NCBI GenBank assembly: GCA_002495315.1
Contig: DAEN01000040.1
Location: 1 to 49,552, forward strand
Reading direction: 5' to 3'
DNA length: 49,552 nt
Source of the DNA: Thaumarchaeota archaeon UBA141
Lineage (GTDB): Archaea; Thermoproteota; Nitrososphaeria; Nitrososphaerales; UBA141
The notes beneath the pieces were generated by a model. It worked only from the letters and a program-made list of their open reading frames with translations, was not told the origin of the DNA and ran no database searches. Positions 46,263 through 49,552 of this stretch are shown here, in pieces. Each line of letters opens with the position of its first letter. Position 1 is the stretch's first letter. The position numbers were made by a program, and so were the translations under genes.

Positions 46263-47021
46263 TTAGACCGGGATTGTTGCATATACGGAAGGATCGTTAA
46301 CACCGGCACCCTCAAAGGCGAGTTGTCTTCGCTTACAGTTGGAGCAGATGCCACAATGTACTGGCAAAGTTTTCCCTCCAACCTCTCTGAAAGTAGCACC
46401 TGCATAGCAACTATAGGTATATTCCCAGGGCACTCCGAGTTCTTCGCCTAATTTTACAACCATGTCTTTATCTTTGGTAATAAGAGGAGCTAAGAGTCTA
46501 TAACCACCGTGGTGAGTGCACTGTTCAGCTAGCTCATTCATTTTCTCCATGAACTCAGGCGTATTATCTTTCATAGCCACAGGCGTTTCTCTCCTAATCC
46601 CAATATATACATCATAACGGCTTTTCTTTGAAATATAATACGACTCAGCATGTGCTAGAGCTACTAGAAGAAGGACGGCATTTCTACATGGATCCCACCA
46701 CTTGAGGATTCGTTCTCTTGCCTTCTCAGGCCGCCAGAGATCATCCACCTTAGTTTCACCAATAATTTGATCAGAATGTGCAAGCACCGAAGTACTGATT
46801 TCTCCAAGCCACCGAAGGTCGATGATCTTGAGGGGTGCTGATAGAATCTCTGAAATCTTTCTGATACAAGATTCTTCATAATCATATGTCCTTTGTCCAT
46901 AGTTGCAGAATACCAACTGATGTTCTGATGGTTTCACAATTTTACTTACATAGAAAGCCGTAGTGACAGAGTCGACGCCTCCAGAAATGGACGTTATTGC
47001 AGCTCTATTTTCTACACTCAA
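46263..47021 (-). CDS. queC: 7-cyano-7-deazaguanine synthase
   Basis: 'SGGVDS', 'YGQR', 'RNA', 'SCY' and 'HCGICSNC'. Confidence 0.9.
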   Translation of the reverse strand: MSVENRAAITSISGGVDSVTTAFYVSKIVKPSEHQLVFCNYGQRTYDYEESCIRKISEILSAPLKIIDLRWLGEISTSVLAHSDQIIGETKVDDLWRPEKARERILKWWDPCRNAVLLLVALAHAESYYISKKSRYDVYIGIRRETPVAMKDNTPEFMEKMNELAEQCTHHGGYRLLAPLITKDKDMVVKLGEELGVPWEYTYSCYAGATFREVGGKTLPVHCGICSNCKRRQLAFEGAGVNDPSVYATIPV

Positions 47022-47260
47022 TTACTATCTACTATCTTTGAAGTCTTTTTCTGATGTCAGAGATATCTCTAAAACAAATGGGCCCATACAGAGTCTCTGA
47101 TGCTTATCGGATTTATGGGTTCTTAGATAGTTTTTCAATTAACGTTTCAAAAACCTAACCCAATTTTCTGTCTTTCTGATCAGCTGACAACGCATCTAGA
47201 ATCCTCCGTTCAGCTTAAGTATCGGCAAAGGCAATCTAAAGTTAACGGACTAACACAACA

Positions 47261-49252
47261 ATGACAAACAATCAACTCACCTGGATGATAGGTGGTTCTC
47301 AAGGAACAGGCGTCGACTCTTCCGCCTTACTTTTTGGCAGGGCTTGCACCTTAGGCGGGCTTTATGGCTACGGAAACCGAGAGTACTATTCTAACATTAA
47401 GGGTGAGCACAGCTATTTCATGGTACGAGTACACCAAAAGATCATACACTCTCCTCTCTCTAAGCCAGACCTTCTAGCAACATTTGATGCTGAGACCGTG
47501 ATTCGGCATGCTCTGAGCGTGAATGTAGATGGAGGAATAATATACAATTCAGAGCTTTCAAATGTGAAACTTACAGACATACCAACTCTAGAACACCGAG
47601 TATTAGAAGATCTAGTGACATATTTGGATAATAATAAATTAGAACATTCCGTTAATGGAATACTTGAAGCATCAAGGAGGAACGGCGTTCACATCTATGC
47701 AATTCCATACGGCGACTTACTGAAAGAAGCAGCAAGTACACTGGGAGAACCGAAACTGAGTAATCTCACCAGAATGATGAATACAATGGCTGTGGCCGCT
47801 TCCTTTGGCCTTCTAGAATTTGATCTAAGTGTTCTAGACAGCGCAATAAGTCGAACATTTCATGGAAAATCAAAGATCATTCAACTAAATATGACAGTCG
47901 GAAAAAGTGCTTACGATTATGTTAAAGGAAAATATGCGAGCGGCTTTCAATATAAGCTGAAGAAAGTCCAGACGGAAGAAAAACGAGTTTTTCTGCAGGG
48001 CAACCAAGCAACGGCTCTCGGAAAGCTAGTGGGCGGTTGCAGAGTTCAGACATACTATCCAATTAGTCCTGCCAGTGACGAAAGCGACTATCTAGAGGCA
48101 AATCAAATACTCAAGATCAATCCCAGAAGATTAAGTGATAGTTCCAATGTGGAGAAAACGACCTACTTGGAAAAGAATGGGGGTTCGGTCTTAGTTCTCC
48201 AGACAGAAGACGAAACCGCTGCCATTACTGCTGCTATTGGTGCAGCTCTCTCCGGTGCTCGCTCTTCTACGTCAACATCTGGGCCTGGCTTCTGTCTTAT
48301 GGTAGAGGGCATGGGCTGGGCAGGAATTAATGAGGTGCCTGTTGTCATTACCTATTATCAGCGCGGTGGTCCTAGCACTGGGATGCCCACAAGACAAGAA
48401 CAGGGAGACCTACGATTTGCACTTCATGCCGGGCAGGGCGAATTTCCAAGAATAATTCTTGCCTCAGGGGACCAGAGAGAATGTTTCTACGACGCCGTTC
48501 ATTCATTTAACTATGCTGAAAGATACCAGCTTCCTGTAATCCACCTAATTGACAAGACCCTAGCTAACAGTACCGCCACTTACCCTATGTTTGACCTCTC
48601 AGGGATAAGGATCGATAGAGGCGCTATAACCAATGGAGAAAATCTCAACAATCTTTCTTCTGGTGATAAGACATACAAGCGCTTTCTTTTCACAGAAGAC
48701 GGTATTTCGCCCAGAACCCTCTTAGGCACGAAAGGAGGTGTCTTCTGGAATACTGGCGATGAACACGACGAATATGGACACATAACAGAAGACCCGGTCG
48801 TAAGAGTTAGGATGATGGATAAGCGAATGAAGAAGCTAGAAACAATCGATCACGAAGTTCCAATCCAGGAGCGTCTGACTCTTCATGGGAATGAAGAGTC
48901 AGATGTGACAATTGTTAGCTGGGGTTCGCCCAAGGGTGCGATAATTGATGCGATGGACGCTCTAAATGACGAAAACATTCACGTCAACTTCCTACAAATC
49001 CGTATGATAAATCCACTTCCATCAGAGAATATAATTAGCGTTCTGAGTCGGGCCAAAAAAACCATCGGGATCGAAATGAATTACTCAGCACAACTAGCAG
49101 GGTGGATACGAGAATCAACAGGAATAGCAATAGACCATCACGTCGTCAAATATAACGGGAGGCCAATTTCTCAAGATGAAGTCTGCGATTCAATAAAGAA
49201 ACTGGTTAAGTATGACGCCCCGAAAAGACTGGTGCTGACACATGGCACTTAA
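47261..49252 (+). CDS. korA: 2-oxoacid:ferredoxin oxidoreductase alpha subunit (gamma-alpha fusion)
   Basis: 'IGGSQGTG', '[10 protein letters not shown]', 'YPISPAS', 'TSGPG', '[10 protein letters not shown]' and 'EMNYSAQL'. Confidence 0.93.
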   Translation: MTNNQLTWMIGGSQGTGVDSSALLFGRACTLGGLYGYGNREYYSNIKGEHSYFMVRVHQKIIHSPLSKPDLLATFDAETVIRHALSVNVDGGIIYNSELSNVKLTDIPTLEHRVLEDLVTYLDNNKLEHSVNGILEASRRNGVHIYAIPYGDLLKEAASTLGEPKLSNLTRMMNTMAVAASFGLLEFDLSVLDSAISRTFHGKSKIIQLNMTVGKSAYDYVKGKYASGFQYKLKKVQTEEKRVFLQGNQATALGKLVGGCRVQTYYPISPASDESDYLEANQILKINPRRLSDSSNVEKTTYLEKNGGSVLVLQTEDETAAITAAIGAALSGARSSTSTSGPGFCLMVEGMGWAGINEVPVVITYYQRGGPSTGMPTRQEQGDLRFALHAGQGEFPRIILASGDQRECFYDAVHSFNYAERYQLPVIHLIDKTLANSTATYPMFDLSGIRIDRGAITNGENLNNLSSGDKTYKRFLFTEDGISPRTLLGTKGGVFWNTGDEHDEYGHITEDPVVRVRMMDKRMKKLETIDHEVPIQERLTLHGNEESDVTIVSWGSPKGAIIDAMDALNDENIHVNFLQIRMINPLPSENIISVLSRAKKTIGIEMNYSAQLAGWIRESTGIAIDHHVVKYNGRPISQDEVCDSIKKLVKYDAPKRLVLTHGT

Positions 49253-49552
49253 GCTGACTGACCTGAAGACTTCAGTCCACAATGACTGGTGCCCCGGATG
49301 TGGAGACTTTGGGGTACTGAACGCGATCCAAATGTCTTTGGCTGAGATGGATTTAGAGCCCCATAGGGTAGCGGTATTTTCAGGAATAGGCTGTTCGGGG
49401 AAAATCCCTCACTATATCAATACCTATGGAATACATACTCTACATGGCCGAGTACTCCCATACGCAATTGGAGCTAAGCTTGCAGACCCCAGTCTCGAAG
49501 TAATCGCAGCGGGAGGAGATGGCGATGGCATGGGCATCGGTGCTGGACATAT
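49242..49552 (+). CDS. korB: 2-oxoacid:ferredoxin oxidoreductase beta subunit (truncated by the window end)
   Basis: Not in the ORF track. It reads [24 protein letters not shown]...SGIGCSGK...HTLHGR...GGDGDG and overlaps the alpha stop. Confidence 0.93.
   Translation, partial: MALKLTDLKTSVHNDWCPGCGDFGVLNAIQMSLAEMDLEPHRVAVFSGIGCSGKIPHYINTYGIHTLHGRVLPYAIGAKLADPSLEVIAAGGDGDGMGIGAGH

Noticed and set aside
343-48783. Many 60-137 aa ORFs antisense to or nested in long genes (e.g. 343..729, 2725..3138, 14677..15072, 19416..19799, 20052..20417, 28273..28617, 36009..36347, 44023..44346)
   Set aside because: They shadow well-supported genes, have no recognisable motifs and show typical antisense-frame composition.

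Overview
This is an archaeal chromosomal window, most consistent with a deep-branching member of Nitrososphaeria/Thaumarchaeota. That placement is inferred from the gene set: PolD DP1 and DP2, Elf1, CdvB/ESCRT-III, GGGPS, DnaJ/GrpE, F420-linked enzymes and MptD/MptE. The window is centred on a replication origin at about 25570-26080, with three G-string ORB boxes and AT-rich unwinding tracts, next to cdc6/orc1 and flanked by DP1 and DP2. Core genes are interleaved with heterotrophic catabolic enzymes: amidohydrolases, isochorismatase-family hydrolases, Mo-hydroxylase subunits, UbiD and FAD oxidoreductases. The best candidate for an undescribed system lies just right of oriC. It consists of three uncharacterised HTH/winged-helix genes, one of them membrane-anchored, four copies of a 12-bp palindrome YGTGAYATCACR within about 5 kb of the origin, and a dense array of its half-site upstream of the membrane-anchored gene. 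This could be a ParABS-independent origin-tethering or segregation module. Other notable items are a tRNA-Met with two non-canonical introns (8/9 and 30/31), a strand-composition switch at oriC with polarity opposite to the bacterial rule, grpE-dnaJ without dnaK, and an NAD-kinase-like gene that needs a CTG start. No CRISPR array, rRNA gene or mobile element was recognised. All calls come from reading motifs by eye; no database searches were run.
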